Shown here: in pieces, positions 16,727 to 25,650 of the stretch | How positions within the stretch are numbered: the stretch's first letter is position 1 | Layout: the number at the start of each line of letters is the position of its first letter | DNA from: Candidatus Eiseniibacteriota bacterium | GTDB taxonomy: Bacteria > Eisenbacteria > RBG-16-71-46 | Reading direction: 5' to 3' | Assembly: GCA_044222065.1 (NCBI GenBank) | Contig: JBGAOA010000046.1 | Coordinates: 1-33,742, forward strand | DNA: 33,742 nucleotides | The notes under the pieces: model-generated | Told to the model about the DNA's origin: nothing | The model's database searches: none | What the model saw: only the letters and a program-made list of their open reading frames with translations | Program-made: the position numbers and the translations under genes

Positions 16727-18333
16727 AGACGATCGGCCTTCTGGGCGCGCTCGGCCTGCTCGTCTGCGCCGCGTCAGCTGCGGCTCAGGGACTGCCCGCG
16801 GGCGTGCCCGACGGACTCGAGGCGGCGCGCGCCGCCGCGGGCCGTGCCGCGATGCAGGGCGCGGCGAAGTCGTCGGCCGCGCCCACGGTCGCGCTGCCCG
16901 GCGCGGTGGATCCGCGCGAGTACCGGCTCGGCCCCGGAGACGCGCTGTCGGTGACCGTGTGGGGACGCGTGACGCGCTCCGAGGAACTACTCGTCGGCCC
17001 CGAGGGCTACGTCGTGCTGCCCGACGCCGGCACGCTCAAGGTGGACGGCCTGACGCTCGAGGAGGGCCGCGACCGCATCCTCGCCGCGCTCCGGCGCGAA
17101 CTCGTTCACGTCCAGATGGACGTGCGGTTGTCGCGCCCGCGCCGCTTCGTCGCATACCTCACGGGCCAGGTGCGCGAGCCGGGTCCCGTCGAGGCGCTGG
17201 GGACGACGCGCGTGTCGGACCTGCTGACGACCGAGCGGCTGCTCGAGAACTCGTCGCACCGGCGCATCGAGGTGCAGCGGCGCGACGGCACGTGGGCCTA
17301 CGCCGATCTCGACCTCTTCCTTCTCACCGGCGACCTCACGCTCAATCCCTACGTGCGCGACGGCGACGTCCTGCAGGTGCCGGTCGCGACCGAGTTCATC
17401 TACGCGAACGGCGCGCTCGCGCGTCCCGGCCGGTTCGAACTCGGCCCGCGCGACAGTCTGTTCACGCTGCTGCTGCTCGCCGGCGATCCGGCGCCCTCGG
17501 CGTCCGCGGACCGTGCGCTGCTCATCCGCTGGACGGAGCCGTTCCGACCGGACTCGCTGTGGCTCGCGCTCGGCGACATCTACTCGCGGCGCGTGAATCC
17601 GCCGCTCTCGGACGGGGACCGGCTTTACGCCTACTTCGTGCCGCGGTATCACGAGCAGCACGAGGTGGTCGTGGAAGGCGAGGTCGCCCGGCCGGGCACC
17701 TATCCGATCGTGCCGGGCGTGACGCGCATCAGCGACGTCGTGCGCGCGGCGGACGGCTTCCTGCCCGAGGCCGACCTCTCGGCGATCCGCATCCTGCGCG
17801 CGAACCCGTCCGCGAACGAGAAGGATCCCGAGTTCGACCGGCTGCTCCGGCTGTCTCGCGCCGAGCTGACAAGTTCCGAGTACGAGAAGCTCCGCACGAA
17901 GCTCGCCGCGATGCGCGAGGAGTACCGGGTGGATTGGAACCGCGTCCGATCGGAGAAGTCCACGGTCGACCTGCTCATGCTGAACGGCGACGTCGTCCGA
18001 GTTCAGAAGCTCGTGACCTCGATCCGCGTGGACGGCGAAGTGCGGCACCCCGGGACGCTCGCGTTCCAGCCCGGCCTCAAGGTGGACGACTACATCCGCC
18101 AGGCGGGCGGCTACTCGAACCGCGCCTGGCACGGCAAGGTGCGCGTCACGCGTTCGATCACCGGGCAGACCCTCTACGCCCGCGACGTCACGTCGCTCGG
18201 GCCCGGCGACTTCGTGTGGGTGCCCGAGAAGCCGGACCTCAACCTGAGCCAGGCGGGTCTCTCCGTGCTCGCCGCGGCCGCCTCGATCGCGACGATCGCG
18301 CTCGCGATCGTCACGCTGGACAACAACAAATGA
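16723..18333 (+). CDS. Polysaccharide export protein with Poly_export and multiple SLBB domains (OPX; KpsD/Wza-like)
   Basis: GTGA overlap with rmlB. Signal peptide. Y.LGPGD.L.V.VWG, V.PEG.V.LP..G...V.GLTL. Repeated V.G.V..PG units, DYI.QAGG, L.PGD.V.VP, and a C-terminal hydrophobic helix. Confidence 0.88.
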   Translation: MKTIGLLGALGLLVCAASAAAQGLPAGVPDGLEAARAAAGRAAMQGAAKSSAAPTVALPGAVDPREYRLGPGDALSVTVWGRVTRSEELLVGPEGYVVLPDAGTLKVDGLTLEEGRDRILAALRRELVHVQMDVRLSRPRRFVAYLTGQVREPGPVEALGTTRVSDLLTTERLLENSSHRRIEVQRRDGTWAYADLDLFLLTGDLTLNPYVRDGDVLQVPVATEFIYANGALARPGRFELGPRDSLFTLLLLAGDPAPSASADRALLIRWTEPFRPDSLWLALGDIYSRRVNPPLSDGDRLYAYFVPRYHEQHEVVVEGEVARPGTYPIVPGVTRISDVVRAADGFLPEADLSAIRILRANPSANEKDPEFDRLLRLSRAELTSSEYEKLRTKLAAMREEYRVDWNRVRSEKSTVDLLMLNGDVVRVQKLVTSIRVDGEVRHPGTLAFQPGLKVDDYIRQAGGYSNRAWHGKVRVTRSITGQTLYARDVTSLGPGDFVWVPEKPDLNLSQAGLSVLAAAASIATIALAIVTLDNNK

Positions 18334-19418
18334 GCGCGAACGAACCGGCGTCCCGCGGGAGCACCGGAGTGAACCTCGCACCGTTCCTCGCGATGTTGTG
18401 GGCGAACCGCGCGCGGCTCCTCGGTGTCACGTTCGCCGCCGGGGCGCTGACGCTCGCGATCGCCTTCGCAATGCCCAGGTGGTACCGCTCGACGGCGGTC
18501 ATCCTGCCTCCGGACGAGAGCGACCTGCTGTCGAACCTCTCGCTCGCCCAGCGCGCGCTGACGAAGTTCCCGACGATGGGCGTGCTGCCCGACATCTTCA
18601 CGCCGGCGGACATCTTCAAGGCGATCCTGCAGAGCCGGACCGTGCAGGAGGAGGTCGTGCGGAAGTACGACCTGAAGGTCGTCTACCGCCAGAAGAGCCT
18701 CGAGAAGACGCTGCGCAAGCTGAAGGACAACACGCGCGTGAAGCTGAACGCCGACGGCACGATCTCGATCAGCGTCGACGATCGCGATCCGAAGCGCGCC
18801 GCCGCGATGGCAGGCACGTACCTCACGGCGCTCGATCGCTTCAACGTCGAGAAGCGGAACACGCAGGCGCACCGGACGCGCATGTTCCTCGAGCGCCGGG
18901 TCTCGGAGGTGGATTCCGCGCTCCAGATCGGCGAGGCGACGCTGCGCCGCTACCAGGAACGCCACTACACCGTCACGCCGACGAACGTCGCGTCCGCCGA
19001 CGTGCACGCCGCCGCCGACCTGCTCGCGCGGAAGATCATGCTCGAGGTGCGGCTCGGCGTGCTGCGCGGCTACCTGCGCGAGGACAACGAGCAGATCGAG
19101 CAGACCCGCCTCGAGCTCGATCAGCTCAAGGGCCGGATCGCGACGCTGCCGGCGCTGCAGGACGAACTCGGACGCCTGATCCGCGACGTGAAGATCCAGG
19201 AGCAGCTCTACCTGCTGCTCACGGCCGAACTCGAGCAGGCGCGCATCCGCGAGACGATGGACACCCCCACGGTGGCGGTGCTCGATCCGCCGGCGGTCCC
19301 CGAGCGCCACGCGCGGCCGCGCCGTCTGCTGCTCGCGCTCGCCGGCGCGTCGCTCGCGTTCGTCGGCGCCGTCGTGTATCTCGCGATGAACGAGCGCGAA
19401 CGGCCCGAGGCGGCGTGA
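18330..19418 (+). CDS. Polysaccharide co-polymerase / chain-length determinant (Wzz/GumC-like, no kinase domain)
   Basis: ATGA overlap. N-terminal TM followed by PRWYRSTAVILP. A coiled-coil periplasmic region, then V.VLDPP.VPE...RPRR and a C-terminal TM. No Walker A motif. Confidence 0.85.
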   Translation: MSANEPASRGSTGVNLAPFLAMLWANRARLLGVTFAAGALTLAIAFAMPRWYRSTAVILPPDESDLLSNLSLAQRALTKFPTMGVLPDIFTPADIFKAILQSRTVQEEVVRKYDLKVVYRQKSLEKTLRKLKDNTRVKLNADGTISISVDDRDPKRAAAMAGTYLTALDRFNVEKRNTQAHRTRMFLERRVSEVDSALQIGEATLRRYQERHYTVTPTNVASADVHAAADLLARKIMLEVRLGVLRGYLREDNEQIEQTRLELDQLKGRIATLPALQDELGRLIRDVKIQEQLYLLLTAELEQARIRETMDTPTVAVLDPPAVPERHARPRRLLLALAGASLAFVGAVVYLAMNERERPEAA

Positions 19419-21034
19419 ACCCGCCGGCGCCGCGCCGGTCGGGGGACGCGGCGCGGTCCGGTGCGGAGCGCCTCGGCGGCGACGTGATCGTCCGCAACAC
19501 GGCGTGGATCGTGGCCGGGCGCGTCGCGTTCATGCTCGGCTGGGCGATCGTGACGCCGTACGTGCTCTCGCGGCTCGGCACGGACCGCTTCGCGTTCTGG
19601 GCGCTGCTGTTCGCGCTCTCGGGCTACTTCGCGACGTTCGACCTCGGCATCTCGCAGGCGCTCGTGAAGTTCGTCGCGGAGTTCACGGCGTCCGGCGAGG
19701 CGGGGGCGCTGCGCGCGGTCGTGCGCGTCGCGACGCAGCTCTACGCGGGGCTCGGCGCGCTCGCGGTCGTGCTGCTCGTCGCGTGGCGCGGGCCGCTGCT
19801 GGACCTGCTGCGCACGCCCGACGCGCTGCGCGACGAGGCCGGCTGGAGCCTCATCGGCATGTCCGCCGTACTCGCGATCGCGAACCTCGCCGGCGTGCTC
19901 GTGGCCGTGCTGAACGGCCGCCAGCGCATGGACGTCACGAGCCGCGTGCTGCTGTGGAGCACGGCGACGCAGCTGGCCGGAACGCTCGCCGTGCTGTCCC
20001 TCGGCGCGGGCCTGCGCGGCCTCGTCGCGGTCGCCGGGCTCGCGCAGATCGTCGCCGCGGTCGGCTACGCGCGGGGAACGCGGCGCCACGTTCCGGAGCT
20101 ACGGGTCTCGCACGAACCGGCGCCGCCGGGCCTGCTGCGGCGCGTGTTCCGCTACAGCGCGGCGCTTCAGGTCACGAACCTCGGCACGCTGCTGCAGTTC
20201 CAGCTCGACAAGGTCGTGCTCGCGCATTTCGCCGCGCTCGCGCCGGTCGCGTGGCTCGAACTCGGCGTGCGGCTCACGACCGCGGTGTGGGTGCTGCCCA
20301 TGCTGCTGCTGCCGCCGCTCGTTCCGGCCTTCGCCGCGCTCGCGGCGCACGGCGAACGCGAGCGGCTGTCACGCCTCTACTGGCGCGCGACGCGCTACCT
20401 CGCCGCGCTGTCGCTGCCGCTGACGGGTTTCCTCGTCGCCGGCGCGCCCGCGCTCGTGACGGCCTGGCTCGGCCCCGGACACCCCGAGGTCGCTCGGGCG
20501 ACCGCGGCACTCGGCGGCTTCCTGTTCGTCACGGTGCAAACCGGCGTGTGCACCGCCGCGTTGCGCGGACTCGAGCATCCCTGGCTCGAAGCGCGCTACC
20601 ACCTGCTCGGCTCGGCGCTGCACATCGGGCTGAGCCTGTGGCTCGTTCCGCGATTCGGGCTCGACGGCGCGCTCACCGCGCTGCTCGTCTCGGGCGCGGT
20701 CTCGGCCGCCTACCTCGTCGCCGCGTTCCACGCCTGGATCCGCGAGCCGCTGGTCCGCTGGCTCTCGGTGCTCGGGTGGCCGACGGCGCTGACCGCGGCC
20801 GCGCTCGCGATCGGCTGGCGGTGGCCGGGGTCGGGGTGGCACGCGCTCGCCCCGGCCGGCCGGGGCGATGCGCTCGCACAGGTCGCCGCGCTCGCCGCCG
20901 TGTTCCTCGTCGTGGTCGGAGCCGGCTACGTGCTGACCGGGTTCCTGCCGCTCGCGGAGGTGCGCTCGCTCGTGCACCGCGCCGCCCGCCGCGCCGAGTC
21001 CGCGGCGCCGAAGGAGCTGCCGAGGAGCCAGTAG
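19415..21034 (+). CDS. wzx: Wzx-type oligosaccharide flippase (MOP superfamily)
   Basis: GTGA overlap. RNT.W…TPY.L.RLG…F..W, FDLGI.QAL.KFVAE, QLDK.VL, FGL.GA. About 12-14 hydrophobic segments. Confidence 0.85.
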   Translation: MNPPAPRRSGDAARSGAERLGGDVIVRNTAWIVAGRVAFMLGWAIVTPYVLSRLGTDRFAFWALLFALSGYFATFDLGISQALVKFVAEFTASGEAGALRAVVRVATQLYAGLGALAVVLLVAWRGPLLDLLRTPDALRDEAGWSLIGMSAVLAIANLAGVLVAVLNGRQRMDVTSRVLLWSTATQLAGTLAVLSLGAGLRGLVAVAGLAQIVAAVGYARGTRRHVPELRVSHEPAPPGLLRRVFRYSAALQVTNLGTLLQFQLDKVVLAHFAALAPVAWLELGVRLTTAVWVLPMLLLPPLVPAFAALAAHGERERLSRLYWRATRYLAALSLPLTGFLVAGAPALVTAWLGPGHPEVARATAALGGFLFVTVQTGVCTAALRGLEHPWLEARYHLLGSALHIGLSLWLVPRFGLDGALTALLVSGAVSAAYLVAAFHAWIREPLVRWLSVLGWPTALTAAALAIGWRWPGSGWHALAPAGRGDALAQVAALAAVFLVVVGAGYVLTGFLPLAEVRSLVHRAARRAESAAPKELPRSQ

Positions 21035-22323
21035 ATCAGGAAGTGGTAGTGCAGCCCCTGGAACGTCGGCTCGAACAGGCAGTTCAGCATCGCGATCGCG
21101 AACGTCAGCTGGAGCACGTACCCGATCGCCGTCGTCGAGGGGTCGCGCACGAGCGCGCGGATCCGGCGCCACACGAGCACGATCGCGAACACCCACAGCA
21201 CGAGCCCCACGAGCCCGAGTTCACCGCCGATGACGAGCCAGTAGTTGTGAGGGTCCTCGGTTCCGAGCCGGTCGATCGTCGCGATGCCCTGGCCGAGTCC
21301 CATGCCCCCGGGCCACGCGTGGACGAGCCGCCGCCAGCCTTCGCGGTAGTAGAGGAAGCGGACCACGATGCTGCCGAGCTCCTGTGCGTCCGTGAAGCGC
21401 GCGAGGAAGCGCGCTCCCGCCGGGCTGAGCGCCGTCGCGAGTGCGACGACGCCGACCGAACCCGAGACGGCGAGCACGCTGCGAGCGGCGCGCTGGCGGA
21501 ACACCGAGAGCAGGACGATCAGCAGGACGAACAGCACGCCGCCGCGTGACGCCGAGACCATCATCACGAGCGCGGCGAGCGGCAGCGCGAGCCACGCGAG
21601 GACGCGCAGCAGCCGGCTCGGATTGCGGAGTGCGACCTCCATCGCCGAGGGCAGCATGACGACGAGGATCGCCGCGATGTAGTTCGAGGTGCCCCAGCCG
21701 ACGTCCGTGCTCAGCTTGCGGTCCACCCAGCCGGCGGTGTTGAGCGCGCCGGACTGGATCGCCTTGAGCATCGTGTACGCAGAGAGCCCCCACACCGTCG
21801 CGGTCAGTCCGACGCGCATCGTCTCCCACGAGACGAAGCGCGCGAGCCTCCACCCGGTCCACAGCGCGAGCAATCCGATGCCCGTCTTCCGCACGCCGAA
21901 CGCCCACCACCACGTGCTCTCGCTCCAGAACCCGGTGACGACGCCCCACAGGAACAGCGCGAGGAACGCGAGTTCGATGCGGTCGAGTCGCGTGAGCCAC
22001 GGCGCGCGCGTGCGCCAGCCGTGGACGACGAGCGCGACGGCCACGATCACGAGCCCGAGTTCGTGCGCGAACACCTTCGCGAACTGCGGCGGCAGCATGA
22101 GCACGGGCAGCATCCCGGCGAGCAGCTCCGGAGCGGACCAGAGCAGCGCGCCGACGACGGTCGCCGCGAGCGCGGCGAGCGCGAACCAGCTCCACGGCGG
22201 CTCCGAGGCGGAGCCGGCGGCGACCGCGCTCGCCGCGAGCGCGATCGCGATCCACGGCGCGAGCCCGCGGAGCCCGGAGACGCGTGCGCGGGGACGCGCG
22301 AGCGAAGCCGCAGTCGTGTGCAT
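20926..22323 (-). CDS. O-antigen ligase / Wzy polymerase family membrane protein
   Basis: Multi-TM protein. N..A..L, S.SRGG, S...R......W, G.G.G and DPHNYWL....ELG.VG are typical of the Wzy_C/WaaL family. Confidence 0.85.
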   Translation of the reverse strand: MHTTAASLARPRARVSGLRGLAPWIAIALAASAVAAGSASEPPWSWFALAALAATVVGALLWSAPELLAGMLPVLMLPPQFAKVFAHELGLVIVAVALVVHGWRTRAPWLTRLDRIELAFLALFLWGVVTGFWSESTWWWAFGVRKTGIGLLALWTGWRLARFVSWETMRVGLTATVWGLSAYTMLKAIQSGALNTAGWVDRKLSTDVGWGTSNYIAAILVVMLPSAMEVALRNPSRLLRVLAWLALPLAALVMMVSASRGGVLFVLLIVLLSVFRQRAARSVLAVSGSVGVVALATALSPAGARFLARFTDAQELGSIVVRFLYYREGWRRLVHAWPGGMGLGQGIATIDRLGTEDPHNYWLVIGGELGLVGLVLWVFAIVLVWRRIRALVRDPSTTAIGYVLQLTFAIAMLNCLFEPTFQGLHYHFLIYWLLGSSFGAADSARRAARCTSERTSASGRNPVST

Positions 22324-22332
22324 GGGCGGCGG

Positions 22333-22362
22333 ACACTAGCCGCGCGAATCGGGCCGAGGCAA
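22333..22362 (-). promoter_or_regulatory. Sigma70-type promoter, leaderless or very short leader, for the Wzy/WaaL gene
   Basis: Minus strand reads TTGCCT-N18-TAGTGT-N9-ATG(22323). No SD sequence. Confidence 0.55.
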
Positions 22363-22388
22363 ACGCATCGCGCACGCGCGTGCGCCGA

Positions 22389-22417
22389 TTGACAGGACCC
22401 CGGAGCGTTCCTAGCTT
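22389..22417 (+). promoter_or_regulatory. Sigma70-type promoter, leaderless geometry, for the glycosyltransferase operon
   Basis: TTGACA(22389-22394)-N17-TAGCTT(22412-22417)-N7-ATG(22425). No SD sequence. Confidence 0.75.
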
Positions 22418-22424
22418 CCCGCGC

Positions 22425-23354
22425 ATGACGTCGTCCGTTTCTCGCGGTCCCGCGCAGGATCCCATCTCGGCGATTCTCGTGACGTTCGAGTCCTCCGGGG
22501 TGATCGGCGAGTGCCTGCAGAGCCTCGCTCGTGCCGCGCCGCGGCGCGGACTCGACATCCGGGTGGTGGACAACGCGAGCAGCGACGACAGCGCCGCGAT
22601 CGCGGCCGCGGCGATCGGCGAGCGCAACGTGCTCCGACTGGCCGAGAACCGCGGGTTCGCCGCCGGGGTGAACGCCGGACTCGCCGCCTCGCCCGGCCGC
22701 TGGATCGCGATCCTGAATCCCGACACGCTGATCGCCGAAGGCGCGCTCGACCGGCTCGTGGACGTGCTCGAGGCGCACCCGCGTGCGGGACTCGCAGGGC
22801 CGCGGGTGCTCGACGGAACGGGGCATCCCGAGCTCACGGTCGGCCGACAGCCCACGCTCGCCCGCGAGTGGGCGCACGCCTACGGTCTGGATCGGTTGCT
22901 CGGACTGGAGGGGCGTCGCACGCGGTTCCCCGATCGGCTCGCGTCGGTGGACTGGTTGTCGGGCTGCGCCTGGATCCTTCGCGCCGACGCCGTGCGGCAG
23001 GTCGGTCCGCTCGACGAGCGCTACTTCATGTACTACGAGGACGTGGACTACTGCCGACGGCTGCGCGACCGCGGCTGGGACGTGCTCGCCGTGCCGGACG
23101 TGGCCGTGCGCCACGCGATCGGCCGCGGCTCGCGACTGACGCGCCAGCTTCCGGTGGACGGCGGCGCGGCGTTGCTCCGCTACTTCGAGAAGTTCCATCC
23201 CGCCGCCGAGCACGCGCGCGCGCGACGCGTCATCGAACGGGGCTGGCGGTTGCGGCGCGGTTTCCGCCGTGCGCTTGCACGGCTCGGCCACCGACCCTCG
23301 GCGGCGCTCGCGCAGCGCTTCGATCTCGCATTGCGCTCGCTGCCTCCCGCATGA
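22425..23354 (+). CDS. GT2 glycosyltransferase (WbbL/rhamnosyltransferase-like)
   Basis: VVDNASSD.S, N.GFA.GVN.G, ILNPD, VDWLSG, G.LDERYFMYYEDVD.C.RL. Confidence 0.9.
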   Translation: MTSSVSRGPAQDPISAILVTFESSGVIGECLQSLARAAPRRGLDIRVVDNASSDDSAAIAAAAIGERNVLRLAENRGFAAGVNAGLAASPGRWIAILNPDTLIAEGALDRLVDVLEAHPRAGLAGPRVLDGTGHPELTVGRQPTLAREWAHAYGLDRLLGLEGRRTRFPDRLASVDWLSGCAWILRADAVRQVGPLDERYFMYYEDVDYCRRLRDRGWDVLAVPDVAVRHAIGRGSRLTRQLPVDGGAALLRYFEKFHPAAEHARARRVIERGWRLRRGFRRALARLGHRPSAALAQRFDLALRSLPPA

Positions 23355-24457
23355 CGATCGCCTACGACCTGCGCTACGCCGACGGCCACTACACCGGCGT
23401 CGGCACGCACGCGTACTGGCTGCTGCGCGCGCTGCTCGATCGCGACGGGGACGAGCGCTACGTCGTGCTGTGGAGCGCGCCGCGCAAGCCGCGCTACGAC
23501 GTGAGCGCGATCGCGTCCCACCCGCGCGTCGAGTGGGTCGAACGGCCGATCCGCACGATGCACCCGCTCGAACCGCTGCGGCTCGGCGCGTGGCTCCGGG
23601 AACGGCGGCCGGACGTGTTCCTGAGCCCGTTCTACTGGATCCCGCTCGGCGCTCCGTGTCCGTGCCTGCTCACGATCCACGACCTGTGGCCGCTGCGCCT
23701 GCCGCAGGACCAGGACGCGCTGCGCCGCTTCGCCCTGCGCGTCATCGTCGAGTTCTCGCGGCGCGCGCGGAGGATCGTCACGAGCAGCGAGTTCAGCCGC
23801 CGCGAGATCTGCGAGCTGATGCGCCTTCCGGCGGAGCGCGTGGCCGTGGCGCGGCTCGGCGTCGTGCCGCGCGCGCCGGTCGAGCCGCGCCGGCCGCCCG
23901 GACTCCCGGAGGGGCGGTTCGCGCTCGTCGTCGGCGACAACCGCCCGCGCAAGAATCTCGAACTGCTCGCCCGCGTGTGGGCCGCTTTCGGAGACGATCC
24001 GCCGCTGCGGCTCGTCGGCGTGGGTCCGGCGAATTCGCGCTTCCCCTCGCTCGCCGCGCTCGCTTCGCGACACGGCGCGCGCGGCGTGCACGATCTGGGG
24101 TGGGTGCCGGAGGATCACCTCGCGTGGCTCTACGCCCACGCCGAGCAGCTGCTGTACCCGACGACGTACGAGGGCTTCGGGCTGCCGCTCACCGAAGCGT
24201 TCGACCGCGGCGTGCCGGCCATCGCCTCGGACATTCCGGTCCTGCGCGAGATCGGAGAGGGGGCCGTGCGGTTCGCGTCGCCGTCCGATCCCGGCGCCTG
24301 GCTCGCGGCGGTGCGCGAACTCGCATCGTCTTCCGCCGAGCGCGCCCGCCTGCGCGATGCCGGCCTCGAGCGCGCGGGCGAACTCACCTACGAGCGCACC
24401 GCCGAAACCGTGCTCGGACTCGTGCGCGAGGTCGTGAAGGAGAGCGGCCGGACGTGA
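23351..24457 (+). CDS. GT4 glycosyltransferase (WbpX/WbpY-like group 1)
   Basis: ATGA overlap. TGVG, TIHDL.PL, SEFSR, G...PRKN, YP..YEGFGLP..EA...G.P.I.SDIP..REI. Confidence 0.9.
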   Translation: MTIAYDLRYADGHYTGVGTHAYWLLRALLDRDGDERYVVLWSAPRKPRYDVSAIASHPRVEWVERPIRTMHPLEPLRLGAWLRERRPDVFLSPFYWIPLGAPCPCLLTIHDLWPLRLPQDQDALRRFALRVIVEFSRRARRIVTSSEFSRREICELMRLPAERVAVARLGVVPRAPVEPRRPPGLPEGRFALVVGDNRPRKNLELLARVWAAFGDDPPLRLVGVGPANSRFPSLAALASRHGARGVHDLGWVPEDHLAWLYAHAEQLLYPTTYEGFGLPLTEAFDRGVPAIASDIPVLREIGEGAVRFASPSDPGAWLAAVRELASSSAERARLRDAGLERAGELTYERTAETVLGLVREVVKESGRT

Positions 24458-25650
24458 GGATCCTCTACCTGAGTTCGCGGTTTCCGTACCCGCCGAACCG
24501 CGGCGACCGGCTCACGGGCTATCACCTGATCCGCACGATGGCGCGCCGGCACGCCGTGACGCTCGTGTCGTTCGTGGACGGCAGCGAACCGGACGAGGCG
24601 GCTGCGGTGCTGTCGCGCTGGTGCGAGTGGGTCGAGACCGTGCACCTCTCGGCCGCCCGCTCGTGGTTGCAGGCGTGGCTCGGACTGTTCTCGCGAACGC
24701 CGTCGCAGGTCGCGTACTACCGCTCGAAGGAGATGGAAGCGCGCGTGCGACGCGTCGCGGGCGAGGGGCGGTTCGACGCCGTGTTCGTCCAGCTCTACCG
24801 CATGGGGCAGTTCGCCCGCGCGCTCGACCATCCGAAGAAGGTGCTGTTCTACCCCGACTCGTTCTCGCTCAATCTGCGTCGTTCGAGCCGCTTCGCGCCC
24901 GCGTGGCGCGCGCCCGGAATCGAGTGGGAGGCCGCGCGGGTCGAGCGCTACGAAGCCGAGATCAGCCGCGACTTCGCCGAATCGTGGATGCTGTCGCCCG
25001 AGGACGCGCGGGAACTCGAACGCCAGGGCGGGCAGCGCGTCGCCGTCGTGCGGCACGGCGTGGACGAGTCCCTGTTCGATCTGACACGCGAGCCGGAGGC
25101 GAACGCGGCGGTGTTCCTCGGGAACCTGAGCGTGCCGCACAACGTGGACGGCGCTCGCCACGCCGCGCTCGCCGTGTGGCCGCTCGTGCGCCGGGAACTC
25201 GCGGACGCGCGGCTGCGGATCGTCGGCGCGGACGCCGTGCCGTCGGTCACCGCGTTGAACGACGCGCCGGGCGTGGAGGTGGCCGGCTTCGTGCCCGACC
25301 TGGGCGCGATCTGGAAGCACGCCGGGCTGATGCTCGCGGCGCTGCGCTACGCGACCGGCATCCAGAACAAGGTGCTCGAGGCGATGGCGGCCGGCGTGCC
25401 GGTCGTCGCGACCCCCGGCGTGGCGGCGGCGCTCGACGCGCTCGACGGCGTGCATCTGCGCGTCGGCGACACCGAGCGCGCGCTCGCCGACGCCGTCGTC
25501 GAGACGATCCGCGATCCGTCGGCGGCCGCGGCGCGCGCCGAGCGGGCGCGCGCCCACGTGCGCGAGCACTTCAGCTGGGAGGATCCGGTCCGGCGGCTCG
25601 AGCGGCTCGTGGCCGCCGCGCCGCCGGCTCCCGTGGCCGCGCCGCGTTGA
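24454..25650 (+). CDS. GT4 glycosyltransferase (PEP-CTERM/EPS-associated sugar transferase type)
   Basis: GTGA overlap. ILYL..RFPYPP.RGD.L, F.GN....N.DG, G.VPD, GIQNKVLEAMA.G.PVV.T. Confidence 0.88.
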   Translation: MRILYLSSRFPYPPNRGDRLTGYHLIRTMARRHAVTLVSFVDGSEPDEAAAVLSRWCEWVETVHLSAARSWLQAWLGLFSRTPSQVAYYRSKEMEARVRRVAGEGRFDAVFVQLYRMGQFARALDHPKKVLFYPDSFSLNLRRSSRFAPAWRAPGIEWEAARVERYEAEISRDFAESWMLSPEDARELERQGGQRVAVVRHGVDESLFDLTREPEANAAVFLGNLSVPHNVDGARHAALAVWPLVRRELADARLRIVGADAVPSVTALNDAPGVEVAGFVPDLGAIWKHAGLMLAALRYATGIQNKVLEAMAAGVPVVATPGVAAALDALDGVHLRVGDTERALADAVVETIRDPSAAAARAERARAHVREHFSWEDPVRRLERLVAAAPPAPVAAPR

